A stretch of DNA of 61,316 nt, filler included, from 10 parts of 10 records of this genome joined end to end with filler, not necessarily neighbours in it; one strand, 5' to 3'. Numbered from the whole stretch's first letter, positions 11,668 to 23,671 are shown. Translations and numbers: made by a program. The notes: generated from the sequence alone by a model not told the origin.

Positions 11668-13254
11668 CTATGGATCCGCGGTACTAAAATTGAAATAAAC
11701 GAGCATCTGATCAGATTCCATGATCCCGCCGGACTCGGCAACAAGCGCAAACTCCTCTGCCCCGCCGTTGGGATCAGTCTTGGTCTCTACCATGGTGGTG
11801 TAGCCTGTAACGCCCAAATCTTAGTCCGATCTAAGCCACAACACACCTGTCTGAAACGGCCAGATGTGTTTCCACAGCTTCCAGTGCAGCCCATCGACCG
11901 ACTTAAACAAGTCACATCCGTTGCCATCGCCATGTCCGGTCAAGCCCCCTTTGCCCCCATGTGACAGTATCAACCCTCCCGGTGTTGCTATCAACCCAGG
12001 CGCTTGCGAGTAATTCGAGTACGGCGCGATGTCGGGCAGCGGCTCCGGCCGGCTCCAGTGAAGCGAGTCGTTGCTGAATCGTATCATCACCTGCTCACTC
12101 CCCCGAGGCCCATTCCGGATAGCCATCGCGAACCGCGCCGTGCCACCAGGCGCGCCCGTGCATGCGCCCGGCGTGCACCGCGCGATCGCATGCTCGCCAA
12201 TCAGCCGGTCGGGCACAGCAGTCCAGCTGGCCCCATGATCGTCCGAGTAGAGCGTGCCGGTCTCAGCAGGCATGATCAGCCTGGTCTTGCTCGGAAGGTC
12301 GGAGTCATACAGCGCTAGCCCTCTGGAGAGCCCTAGGACCACGTCCTTCCCGAGCACGCCGGAGCCCGTGGCCATCGGGGTGGCGTTGCTCCAGGTGAGC
12401 CCGTCATCGGCCGAGCGGGTCAAGTGCGGGGTTGTCGGGTTGCCTCGCTCAAAGTCGTTGCAATTGTCGTTGAAACCCAGCAGCAGCCCTCCGGTCGCGT
12501 TATCGTACACTGGGGTGGGCTGCGAGCGGCACCGTCCCTCCACTTCCTCTAGGATCCGGAGAGGGCTCCAGCTCGCCCCACCGTCGACCGACCTCTTGTA
12601 AGCCAGCCGGGCGTCGGGTATGTCAGGGCAGTGACTCCCGTCCACCTCCCCCCGCCTGGCTTCGGCAAAGGCGTGCAGCGTGCCCGTGACCAGGTTGACG
12701 GCCAGACTGGGGATCCTGAAGCACGAGTAGCACCGCTTGTTGAGGTTTATGACACCTCCGTCCGCCCCCGGGATTCCGTGAGGGCCGTACCCGGGCGTGC
12801 CCCGGTCGTCCGCGTCGCACTCCCCGGCGGTGAAGACTGCCTGCCACCCGGGGAAGGACGAGCCGTCGATGGTCGGCAGCTGGCGCGGCGGGGGCCTGTA
12901 GGGTGCCGCCTTGATCACATGCACCTCGCGGGCCGACGGCTTCGGACGCTGCAGCCAGCCCGGTCTGCACTGCCTGGCCTGAGCCTGGCTCAGCTGACAG
13001 CGCGCTCCCGCCTCCACGCACCACTCGCCCCCGCCGCTCGGCTCCAGCCCGCATGGGGCACCTTCTAGCCGCTTAGGGCAGTCGGCGCTGGCGTTCCGGC
13101 AGGGCAGCTGGCGGCCCGAGTCCAGGTAGAGGTACTGGCAGATCGACTGGCCGGTGGCCGGGTTGTCGATGCAGCTATCGGCCTGAGGCCCGCTGAAGGC
13201 AAACGCCTGGCTGCAGGTGGTTTGTCCGTCCCGCCGGTGGCAGTCGGGCAGGCA
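11668..13254 (-). CDS. Exo-alpha-sialidase (GH33, BNR/Asp-box propeller), 5'-partial, with a Cys-rich N-terminal segment
   Basis: FRIP motif; AFAEAR; Asp boxes SVDGGASWS, SADDGLTWS, SDDHGASWT and SVDGLHW; last exon begins GYTTM (candidate Tyr nucleophile). Confidence 0.85.
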
Positions 13255-13354
13255 NNNNNNNNNNNNNNNNNNNNNNNNNNNNNNNNNNNNNNNNNNNNTT
13301 AATTAATTAANNNNNNNNNNNNNNNNNNNNNNNNNNNNNNNNNNNNNNNNNNNN

Positions 13355-13649
13355 TATCAGCGTGCAGGGTCTCCCTCACAGCAGCTCGGCAGTGATCAGC
13401 GCGCGGTGGTCACTTTGGAGGCGCCGCCCCGGTGGATTGGCGAGGGGGCTTGACCACGCGCATCAGGTTATTGGCCGGGTGGTCGCCAAACTCTGTGAAA
13501 CGGATCCGCTTGCCCGATCCGCTCTCGGTCTGCAGCCGATTGTACTGCCGTTTGAGCCCGCGAGTCAGCCGTTGCTTCTCGCTGAACAGGTCGCTCGTGA
13601 CCGCCTGTGCCAGCCTGGCTCGCACTGCCTCCTCCTCGCTGGCCGCCAT
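13355..13649 (-). CDS. Hypothetical protein, 5' fragment cut by the contig end
   Basis: ORF MAASEEEAVRARLAQ... running into a probable GT donor; divergent from the transporter at 13769. Confidence 0.45.
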
Positions 13650-13768
13650 CCCCCGCCACACGCAAGACCTGCGCCCAGCCGCCCAGCCGGCACCCGGTTG
13701 CCCGCTCTACGGCCGCCGGTGAGCTAAGCTGGCATGGCGGCAGAGGCGGCAGAGGGCGGCGCGGTGTG

Positions 13769-15467
13769 ATGCTGGCGGGTGCTCGGGCGAGCCCGGGGCA
13801 GGAGGACGAGCCGGTCGAGCGGCTGCCGGACTGGGAGCTCTGGACCCTGGCGGTGGCGCTCGGGGCTTGCTTTTTCGGCTGGGGTACGTCGCGCTGCGAC
13901 GGGGACCGAGCTCGGGCCAGGGCTGCAGGTCGGGAGCGCCACGGCGGTGATGCGCGCGATGGACATCCCCCGCTGGGCGATCAGCCTGATCTGGCTCCTA
14001 GGGCCCATCAGCGGTGGCCACCGACTGCCGAACCGCCCGAGCCCGGAACAGGTATCGTCACCGCCCCGCTGGTAGGAGCGGCCTCTGACCGCTGCGACTA
14101 CCCGCTCGGGCGACGGCGACCGTACATGCTCGCGTTCACCGGGCTGGTGCTGGTCAGCTTTCTGATCTTCGGGAACGCAGACGCAATCGGCCGGGCGGGC
14201 GGCTCGAACGGGCTCGGGATCGGGCTCGCAGTGATCGGGTGGGTGGCTAGTCCGAGGCCTGGCGGCGATGGGGGGCAGGATGGCCGGTATGGACTTCGGG
14301 CTGAACGGGGTGCAGGCCCCTCTGAGGGCGTTGATCACCGACTTATGCCCCAACACGCAGCAGCAGCGGCTGCAGGTTCGTCTAGGGTTCGCTACCACTC
14401 TCGCCCAAGCTATGGTGGGCCCTCGGCCGGGCGCAGCGAGTGGCGGGCAGGGGTATCTGCTGGGGGCGGTTCACATCAGCGACGGATTGACTTTCTTCAG
14501 GGAGTGGGGGGGTGATGTGGCAGACTACGATGCTCAGGCTCTCTACATCTGTGGCAGCGTCATCTTTGTCTCGGTGATAGGAGCCGCATGCGGTCTACTC
14601 GCAGAGCAGCAGCTGAGCCCTGAGCTAGCGGCGAGGGTGCCGGCCAGCTCAGACGGTTTAATCTCGCAGAATCTGCACGCAATAAGCAATTGTCCGGTAG
14701 CGATCTCGAGAGCGTGGGTGATACAGTTCTTCCACTTCTTTGCCTTCTTCACTGTCTTCACCTTTGGGACCGATTATTTCGGGAAATACATATATCATGG
14801 CGATGCAACCGCCGAGGATGGCTCGCAGGCGCGGCATGATTACAACGACGGGGTTCGGGCGGGCAACTTTGCTCTGGCATGTCAATGCTTGCTGGCATGC
14901 CTCACGACCCTCAGCCTGCCGCTTCTAATCTCCAGAATAGGGATACATTTTGTGCTCTACTTTTGCAACATCAGCCTGGCTACCTGCCTGATCCTTTTGG
15001 GCTGCTTAAGCGACCCATCGCGGGCCGCAGCCACCGTGATTGTAACCTTGATGGGATTCGGGTGGGCAGCCACAGTGGTTCTGCCTTGGTACATAGTTTC
15101 TCGCGCTTGTGTGTCCTTGCGCTCCCGGGGGGTCTACAACAGCTTGTTCAATTCGGCGCAGTGTTTCCCTGAGATTGCGATTTCGCTCATTGGGCTGGTC
15201 ATCTTTGCAGCTGGAGGAAGTGTGAGGGCGCTGTTCATTGTTGGAGCTGTAGGGGCAATTGCAGCTGTTTGCTTCAATCACATGGTCATTGTACCAGAGG
15301 AGATAGAGGACTCGGCTGACAGCCAAGCACCCGCCTCAGGAGAGGCTGCGTCTGAGCTCGCACAGCCACTCGCAAAGGATCATGATCAACTAGATGAACA
15401 CACACCTTTGAAGCAAGGCCAAGATCAGGCAGTTTTAGCATATGATACGAGCACCGTGTTAGATTAG
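13769..15467 (+). CDS. Sucrose/H+ symporter-like MFS transporter (SUT/SLC45 family)
   Basis: IWLLGPISG, PLVGAASDRCDYPLGRRRPYM, DFGLNGVQAPLRALITDL, FGTDYFGKYIYHGD, YNDGVRAG, GVYNSLFNSAQCFPEI; introns in the 5' half. Confidence 0.88.
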
Positions 15468-15672
15468 AACATCATATGCGATAGATATCGATTATTATAG
15501 TGAACCATGATTGAATACTGACAGAGTACTGCGTAGTGCCAGTTCCAACCTGATCGAGTATTGATAGAGTAGCTTAACCTAATTTAACTAGCTACCGGAT
15601 TGGTTCTAATAGCAGCAATTGAATTCTAGCTAGCATTTCTATGATTCTGGTTGGGTGTTGCCCGTATGTACA

Positions 15673-16837
15673 TCACTGGCCTGTCGTATCTTGGTCAGTA
15701 TTGGTCAAATCGGCTTCGGCGTTCTTATTGAACAGTGAGCCAATCCCATCACCCATCGCCTTGAATGGTGAGGCTATTGCATCCATAAAAGAAGTGGAGT
15801 TTTCTGATACAGTCTCCTCATTGCACTCAGCTTTGTTGTCTGTGAGCTCTCGATCGGCTGTTAGAGAGTCTTCTGATACCCCCATGTCTGGCATTTTCAT
15901 GTCTAGCGCTTCAATATCACCTGGCCTTTCATTTCGCTTCTTTGTTGTGAGAACTTGGTCGAGTTGATTCAATTCACTCTGCAATTGCTGTGCCCGCAAC
16001 TGTTTCTTGACCAGTGGGTCCTCCTGCAGCTCCTGCGTTAGGGCAGCCAGTTCCGCTTCTTGCGACTCTCTGTAAGAATGCAGCTGCTCTTCATCCATGT
16101 CTCCAATACCACTAGCCTCCCGATTCAGATCCAAGCTCTGGACAGGAACTGGTGTAGCTTGCCCAAAAATGATCGGGATGTTGTCAGGCTCCTCCTGTGC
16201 TGGAGATGCAACGGCTTCTGCAGTATCAGTAGCATTAGCTTGGTCGACTACACCTTGAGGCTCGGTCTCCTCAGGTGCACCCATCTCACTGCTGCCGGCA
16301 GGCTCCTCGCTTTGAGTATCTGCCCCATCCTGAGCAGTACTCGCCTCTTCCGCAGCAGCAGCGCCGTCTGTATTGTTCTCACCAAACATTGATGGCATCG
16401 TGGGCATGGACATTGTGGGAAGCTTTGGAAAACTTACTCCAAAAAAGGAACTCTCTTCTGGGCCAGCTTCTGATTCCGGCTCAGATGCTGGCTCTGACGC
16501 CGGCTCCGAGGCTGGCTCTGACGCCGGCTCCGAGGCTGGTTCGGAGGATGAGAACATACCGCCTACATTTCCGAACAGATTCCCTGGAAGGAACGATTGA
16601 ATGTCTGCGCTTTCATTCTGCTCTGAGCTTGACTCAATGCCAGCCTCAGGACGAGCGCTCTCCAGTTCTTCAGTGTTTGCCAAGTCTTGGACACCATCTG
16701 CTTCATCAAGTGCCGGCTCTAAACTGTCTTGGACTGCCTGCGGATCACCACCAATGGCGTCATCCAGCGCAGCAGCAACTTTCTGCTCTGTCGCATGCTC
16801 TTCCACCACTTCCATCTTTCTGTTCAATTCATTGCGT
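15673..16837 (-). CDS. Acidic low-complexity hypothetical protein (5'-partial)
   Basis: 384-aa ORF, E/A/S/D-rich, open at the contig end; no family recognised. Confidence 0.6.
16473..16543. repeat. 12-bp coding tandem repeat (ASEP x about 5)
   Basis: ctgacgccggct/ccgaggctggct units encoding SEPASEPASEP. Confidence 0.8.
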
Positions 16838-16955
16838 NNNNNNNNNNNNNNNNNNNNNNNNNNNNNNNNNNNNNNNNNNNNTTAATTAATTAANNNNNNN
16901 NNNNNNNNNNNNNNNNNNNNNNNNNNNNNNNNNNNNNGGCCGAGCGGGTCGGCAG

Positions 16956-17663
16956 GCTTATCCCGGGTCCAACGTGATTCTGCTAGGGTTTGATACGACC
17001 ACCAAGACATCGCTGGATAACTTGAGCGTCTGGAAGGAGGAATTCATGGGCTGCGAAGGGTGCAACCCGGATGCAATCATCGTGGTCGGCACCAAGAGCG
17101 ATTGGTGGCTCGAGAAAAAGGATGCGGGCGAGGTACCCTTGCGCTCGGATCTTATCTTATCGGCGGCCAGACTGATACGAGCGGGGCCCCGCTCGCCACC
17201 TTTGAGGAGATGTATGAGGTAGCCGGCCCAGCAGTGCACAGTGCTGATTGGGGAGCTCACAGCAAGCGGCCAGCATTGGCGCACACGCTCTGGTCCTGAC
17301 CTCCGCCAAGACCTGCCAGGGCGTGATGGCAGAGGCTGACGATGGGAGCTCTATGTACGACCCTGATGACTCCCAACCAGGCAAGGAGAAGTACCTCAAA
17401 GCTACCATCCTGGAAATGGGTGCTCCTTGTAGTCCATTAACACCTGATTGTGCCGGTCAGCTGCCAAGATTTCAAATTCTGAGCGGATTGCCCCACTCGA
17501 GCCGCTCAAGAAGGAGGCGCCCCCGCCCCCGCCCGCACAGCCGGCACCGCCACCACCCGCACAGCCGGCACCGCCACCGCCCGCGGCTCCAAAGCCGGCA
17601 CCGCCACCGCCCGCAAAGGAGGACCCCAAGAAGGATGCGAACGGCTGCTGCACTCTGATGTAG
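16956..17663 (+). CDS. Rho-like small GTPase, 3' part, with Pro-rich tail and CCTLM CaaX box
   Basis: AYPGSNVILLGFD, IIVVGTKSD (G4), LTSAKT (G5) and terminal CCTLM; three GT-AG introns of about 40 nt. Confidence 0.75.
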
Positions 17664-17964
17664 GGAAAATACCGTTGCTGGCCGGTACTGACAAGACATT
17701 AGATTGTAACGGCCGCACATTTACATGACGATGTGTGATGAGTCCGTGTGATCCGATATTACTTATCAGTTGCTCAAGTGCCTGTAGAAATGCTATTGTT
17801 AAAAGTAGTTTTTCAGAACCAGATTTCAAGAAAGAGAATTATTTGTAAATGAATCTGTAAGAGTTGAACACGCATGTTAGGGATCGTTTCACGCTTCTAA
17901 TGATTATTGCATTGGCTTTGGACAATTGCATTGGCGGAGCCCTGACTCTTGGTAGACGGACTCC

Positions 17965-19692
17965 TCACTGCTCCTTTGGCTTGTCTTGGCTACCCTCTCG
18001 GGTGTCACTCTCCGCGAGCTCCGATGTCGGCTTGGGCTTGACAAGGATCAAGTCGTAGAAGGCTTCATACAGCCACACCGCCCCTTTAAAGTAGGGCAGC
18101 TGCAGGAACACGGCGAACATCAGCCAGCCGTGCCAATAGAGTGGAATCCAGTTTGAGCCGCGACCGATCCCAAACTCTGCAAATGTGAGCGTCAATCCAA
18201 ACACAACAACAACAGCAACAACAACAACTACTACTACTACTACTACTACCTGCAAACGTGAGCGTCAACCCAAACACGAGCCAGTAGCTGAGCCACTCGG
18301 CCAGCTGACCCTGCCGACTGGCCACCTCGGCCTCCGGGCTGCGCGGGCTGTGCGGGCTGGCGGGCTGGGTGCATGCCGATATTGCCTCGATCGAGCGATA
18401 GACCGGATGGACCACAGCTGCAAGGTAGAAGCCTACCCTGGCCAGCCCAGCGCTCGGCTGAGGGAAGAAGACCAGGAACAGGAGCACTTTGCCGTCCTTG
18501 ACCACCTGATAGAGCAGCTCGCGCTGCGGCTCTGGGACGAACCAGAGCAGCGACCAGACCCGGTTGAGCCCGACCAGCTGGTCCTGCGACACGATCAGCC
18601 GCGATCCGAGCACTTGCTCCAGCCCGGACCCGACCAGACGGAGCACCGCGCTCGCCCCGTTGGTGGCCGGGATCAGCACCCAGAGCAGGGCAGCCAGCTT
18701 GATCTGTCCGAGCAGGGTGCTCTTGGATTCGAGCCACGCCGCGTACGGCAGCATCCGCCAGACCAGAATCAAACTTGCGACAGCCACAGCGTATCGCAGC
18801 CAGAGGAGGACCCCGCCAGCCGCCTGTTTCCGGAGCGCCATGTTGGCCGGGCCGGCGGCCGGGATGACAACGAACCCAAACAATAGCTCAGTCGAGCCTG
18901 AGAGCCGGCTGACTGTGGTGGGCATCCAACGCTTGACGAACAGAAGCGCGATCAACACAGTCAACGGCGCCGCAAACTGAGAGCCCACCCGCAGGAGCCG
19001 AGCGGCCGCGGCCGAGCGGGCGGCCGCTTGTCGGTGGATCCGGTTGTATGTCTCTAGCGTGTAGGCTCTGGCCTGGATGTATTTAGCCTGCCACCATGCA
19101 CCGGCTTTCTGGAAGAGCTTCAACCTGTCACCGGGTCAGCCTACCCGTGTGGAGTGGCACCGCGCGATCCGGCGTTGGGCCCAGAGCCCGAGTATGGCGA
19201 GCCCGAGCATGCACAGGCACACCATCACCGTCTGTGGGTCGGCACCCGTGATCCTGCACCCAAACGCTCAGCCATACCCGAACTACGGGGGACCGGTCCC
19301 AAAGTGCCAACCCGGCCATCCGCACCACCCGGCCGCTGGCCTGGTACCCTTGCCGCAGGTGCGGCATCGCGAACCGCAACAGCGGCATGAGAACCCATTC
19401 CCATGCGAGCAGCCCCACCGGCCTGCCACAGCTCGGCGGGGCAGGCAGCGGCTAGCACCGGAGCAAGGGGTAGATAGCAACCACTGCGGGCTGGACCGCC
19501 TCGTAGACTGCTCGGTACATCCCACCGGCCGACTCGAGTAACAGCACTGCCGCCTCGACCCATTGGCCGGCTGCGTCGCAGCTGGTGCCCCAGGCCCGCT
19601 GAACCGCAGCTGCGATCTACCCCCGGCCACTCAGGCCGACCCTCAATGGTGAGCGCACGTCGGGCCCGTGTCCGGTCATCGCCCCGAACCAT
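17965..19692 (-). CDS. HVA22/TB2-DP1 (REEP) domain membrane protein; start approximate
   Basis: VHPVYRSIEAI...EWLSYWLVFG...WIPLYWHGWLMFAVFLQLPYFKGAVWLYE, plus an upstream degenerate copy (WLRYAV...IKLAALLWVLIPATNGA). Confidence 0.7.
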
Positions 19693-20053
19693 CCCGAGAT
19701 CACCACCACTCCGACCGCGGCTAGGCCGATTTGGGCCAGAATTTGGAATACTCGGGCGCATAGCGCGCGGAGCCGGGTGCGGAGCCCGGGCTTGGGGGAA
19801 GCAGCGGGAGCTTGCCGGCGATCCCATGAGCCCGCCCGGCTCCGTGTATTCTCCAAGCTGGAGGCCCGGCTTCGCGGGGTGAACTCGCCCCGCATCTTAT
19901 CACACTTTATATTTACTATCCTAGGCCTGACACCTTGTGAGAGTCAGTACATGTACGGTACCTGTCAACCTGCGGATGTTAGAAATAGTGGGACAAAGAT
20001 CTCACCGATTGCCAGCAGCCCGAGCACCAGACCGGTGTCGTCCGGGTCTCAGC

Positions 20054-20332
20054 ATGGCACTTGCACGCGTTCCACCCGGCGTTTGCCTGTTACTCTGGAT
20101 AGCGATTGCCTCCGCTTCGGCAACACAAAAAACCAATGTGGCAGAGTGGGCGAAGGTCTTCGCAATCGGCGGACCGCTGCAGCATTGGATATACGAGACC
20201 GACACAGCTATCTGCCTAAACACGACGAGCGCTCAGGACCCGTGCACTGACAACATTGACATGGAAGGCAAACAGCAGATGACGTTCTCGCTTCGAAATC
20301 CAGACGACATCTTTCATGACCAGGACGATTGA
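20054..20332 (+). pseudogene. Signal-peptide protein apparently truncated by an LTR-like insertion
   Basis: MALARVPPGVCLLLWIAIASASA...; its stop codon is the first TGA of the putative LTR. Confidence 0.4.
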
Positions 20333-20673
20333 TGAGGAGGCTCATAGTGTGAGTTTTTAACGGAATTTAACCCCGCATTAATAAAGAATAAAAATATCTT
20401 GGGTACTCCTATATAAAACTGAATATAACGGTAACGACTATGATGTTGTTCGTCGGGATGCTGTGCAGGGGCACCGCCCCGCTACTTGAGCCCGAACCGG
20501 CGGTCTGGAGTCCAAAGACCACCGCGGTTCAGGTGTGAACCCGCACCCTTGTTGCCAACAATAGATCCCGGGCATAGGACTCACCGCTGTTCCAACGGTT
20601 TAGCCAGTGCCGGAGTACTAACCGGACACCTCTAATAGACCGGATGGTAGAAAAATCATTTCCTTTCCCCACC
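20330..20673 (-). mobile_element. Putative 3' LTR (20330-20658) plus polypurine tract (20659-20673) of an LTR retrotransposon
   Basis: Minus strand reads GGTGGGGAAAGGAAA then TGAT...ATCA (TG...CA termini, 4-bp inverted repeat); noncoding, contains TATATA; the contig breaks here. Confidence 0.45.
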
Positions 20674-20846
20674 NNNNNNNNNNNNNNNNNNNNNNNNNNN
20701 NNNNNNNNNNNNNNNNNTTAATTAATTAANNNNNNNNNNNNNNNNNNNNNNNNNNNNNNNNNNNNNNNNNNNNGGCCGCGGATCGGCTGGGAGTGCGGGG
20801 GGGGGTGCAAGACGCCCCTGGGCACCCTCGATTTTCCGAAGTCCCG

Positions 20847-22306
20847 ATGGCCTCCGGCCGGGTGCAGGCCCTGGCTGTGATTGGCGTCTTCTCGCTCCAC
20901 AACGCGTGGAACTGCTGGGTCTTCCTCAACTTCACCAACTTTGGGCCCCCGGAACAGCTGGTGCCCCCCCCGTCCGCCACCCGCCAGCCCCGCGGCAGCT
21001 CGGCGTGTCGGAAGCCGCGGTTGGATTCATCACCACAGCCGGCTGGCTGGGAATCCTGTGCACCGTCCCTCTGGTCACACTGTGCCGCAGCTGGCACCGG
21101 ACACTGCTCTGGCTGGCCGGCGCGTGCAACTGCGCAGCCCCGGCCGCCCGGTACTTCGCGGGCCGGGAGAAGCTCTACTGGGCCGTGGTGCTTACCAACT
21201 TCTTCCAGGGCGCCTCGTTCGGCGTGATCGGGGCCTGGCCGCCGATCTTGGCCAGCATGTTCTCCCCGCGGTTTGCGTCCGACTGCCGCACCTCCATCAC
21301 GGCCATCACCGGCCTTGCAAACTGTACCGCCCTCCCGCCGGCTGGCGCTCACCCTGCTGCAGATATAGGCGGGGCGGCCGGCGTGGTGCTGATCCCGCTG
21401 CTGGCGCACGACGGCGAGTCGCTCCTCGAGCTGTTCCGCTGGCAGCTTTGGTTCAGCCTCGGACTGCTAGGGCTCACAGTGGTCTGGCTCTGGCTCCCGC
21501 CGTTTGTACCGAACGGCTCCGAACGGCTCTGGCCGGAGGTGGCAGAGTGCTGCCGGCCTGCGCGGCTGGTGCTGATCGCAACCTATGGGCTGGCGGTCGG
21601 GCTGTCGCTGCTGCTGCAAGGCATGCTGCAATTCATCTTCTCTGGTGTAGGATTCAGCGACGTGTTTGCCGGGGTCCTCTGCTCCGTCTACCAGGCGGCG
21701 GCAGTGGTGGTAGGCATAGTGCTCGCTGCACAGCCTTCAAATGTGCCCAAGCTGTGTGCTCTAATCAGCCGCATGCACGCCGGGACTGGGGTCGCAATGG
21801 TAGGGCTAGTGGTGCTGGCAGCTGTCGGGCTGGGCGAGCACCCAGCCGTGGCGCTGAAGGTGGTCGCTGTGGCGTTGATGCTGGCGCTCGGTGGCTGTCT
21901 GATGGGGATGCTGCCGTTTGTAATCCACCACGCAGTGCTGACCTCAGAACTGGCCTCCGAGAATGTAGTGGCTGGGCTGATCTATCTAGTAGCAATGGCG
22001 GTGGCCGCAGGGTTGACGCAGGTCGGTTCGGCCATCGGGTCGATGGGCACCGTGGCGATGGTGGGCGGAGCGGTAGGGTTGGAGCTTGTCTTGTACTATC
22101 TCTTGATAGCTGGCCGACCGGGATACCTAGCCGAGCTGCAGCCACTCGACAGCGAGGAGGACGGCAGTGCGGGTGAGCCTGAGGCCAAGGATGGCGAGGG
22201 CGATGCGCTGCACAAGTCCAAGTCCCAGTTGAGTCCCGGCAAGGACAGTAGTGAACAAGATTTGATGCCGTGCTTGCTGCAAGCTGACGAATCCGAACCA
22301 GTCTGA
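20847..22306 (+). CDS. MFS transporter, FLVCR/SLC49-like
   Basis: HNAWNCWVFLNF, WPPILASMFSPR...RTSITAITGLAN|YIGGAAG, SENVVAGL; about 12 hydrophobic segments; two short introns. Confidence 0.78.
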
Positions 22307-22483
22307 CTCTAGCTATTGGTGTTGATATGGTGTTGATTGTGTTTAGTTCAAGCAATCATTGAGGTTGAAGCCCTATTTTCATTTTAAACGCAGCTATCAT
22401 GAATACCGGCTCATATTCAACTTACACTCAAAGTTCTGTACACAAACTAACTAACAACAACGTTACAATCATTACTATTACAA

Positions 22484-23671
22484 TTACGGAGCCTGAGCGG
22501 GTGCCATCGATAGCCGGTACATCACTCGCTGTGCTCGCGGGTTGCCATGGTACATGGTCATGTTCAGCGTGTCCAGATCAAACAGCGCGCTGGCCAGCGT
22601 CCAGTCCGAAAGCTCCCCCCTCGCGTGCGACAGCTCATCGTGGAACACCTGCCACAAGCTCACCTCGAGTGCGACAGCCCGGCGTGCAACCGGATATGAC
22701 GTATCGTGCTGATCTCCGAGCACCGCCAGCACCTCCTGCGCTGTGCGCGGCGGCGGCAGCTGGGCCACGCGGGCCAGTCGGTGGCTGGACGAGTTGTTGA
22801 AGGTCTGGTTTAGGATCAACGTTTGGTACTGGTTGGCGTGGAAGAACGGTGCTTCGAGTTCGCGGACCGCATACCGGTCGGGAGCTGTTTCGATGTTAAC
22901 CACCCGTCGATTGCGCAGGTCCATCAACTGATAATTGTGCCCGGCGCACCAACGAACCGCAGTGATCCGTTGCACCGCTTGCTCAAACCCTTTCGAGTCC
23001 AGCACAGACCGCGCCACAAACACTCTGCCCAGCCCGTCTATCGCCCGAGCATTCGGGCCGACCCAGTTCAGGCTGAACGCCACTCCTTGGTTGTTGAATC
23101 CGAACGCCCCGGACAGCAAGTCGCCCAGGTAGACAAACCCGGTGATCCGCAGCTCGCCGAACCAGGCAGTGACTAGCGCGGTGTGATTCAGCGCTGAGGC
23201 CGCGTTGTCCTCATTGTGCCCTACCAGGCAGCGGCCGGGCTGGCACAGCGTGTAGTCTGAGCAGCCATCCCGGGCGGGCGCGGGGCCGGGCGCAAACCCG
23301 GTGAACTCCTCGGCCAGATTCTGGACGAACAGGGTGGCGAACGGCTGGTCGCTGCCATTGGCCAGACCGGCGAGCTCGGCCATGTAGAGAGGGAAAGCGT
23401 CCGCGTGGGTACGGTACAGGCGCTGGTACACGCGCTGGCCGTCGGTGGTCCGGGAGAACGGGAGCAGCTGGTGCTGGAGCCCGGCCGACTGGGCCAGACG
23501 CTGGCCGATGGCCGGGGCAAACCGTCGGCCGAGGGCCCGTCCGAACTCGAAGTGGGACGCGTGCGACTGGTCGGCCGCCCGGAACTCGAACCGCGGAGTC
23601 GGGTCCCCGCGCAGGTCAGCGCTGACCAGCAGGGCGGATACTGCCAGCACCGCTCCACACAGCGTGCGCAT
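22484..23671 (-). CDS. Peptidase C45 (acyl-CoA:6-APA acyltransferase / Tan-like Ntn hydrolase) with signal peptide
   Basis: FPLYMAELAGLANG, nucleophile motif GCSD, VGHNED, GFNNQGVAFSLN, FFHANQY, SSHRLAR; one intron near the 3' end. Confidence 0.88.
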   Translation of the reverse strand: MRTLCGAVLAVSALLVSADLRGDPTPRFEFRAADQSHASHFEFGRALGRRFAPAIGQRLAQSAGLQHQLLPFSRTTDGQRVYQRLYRTHADAFPLYMAELAGLANGSDQPFATLFVQNLAEEFTGFAPGPAPARDGCSDYTLCQPGRCLVGHNEDNAASALNHTALVTAWFGELRITGFVYLGDLLSGAFGFNNQGVAFSLNWVGPNARAIDGLGRVFVARSVLDSKGFEQAVQRITAVRWCAGHNYQLMDLRNRRVVNIETAPDRYAVRELEAPFFHANQYQTLILNQTFNNSSSHRLARVAQLPPPRTAQEVLAVLGDQHDTSYPVARRAVALEVSLWQVFHDELSHARGELSDWTLASALFDLDTLNMTMYHGNPRAQRVMYRLSMAPAQAP

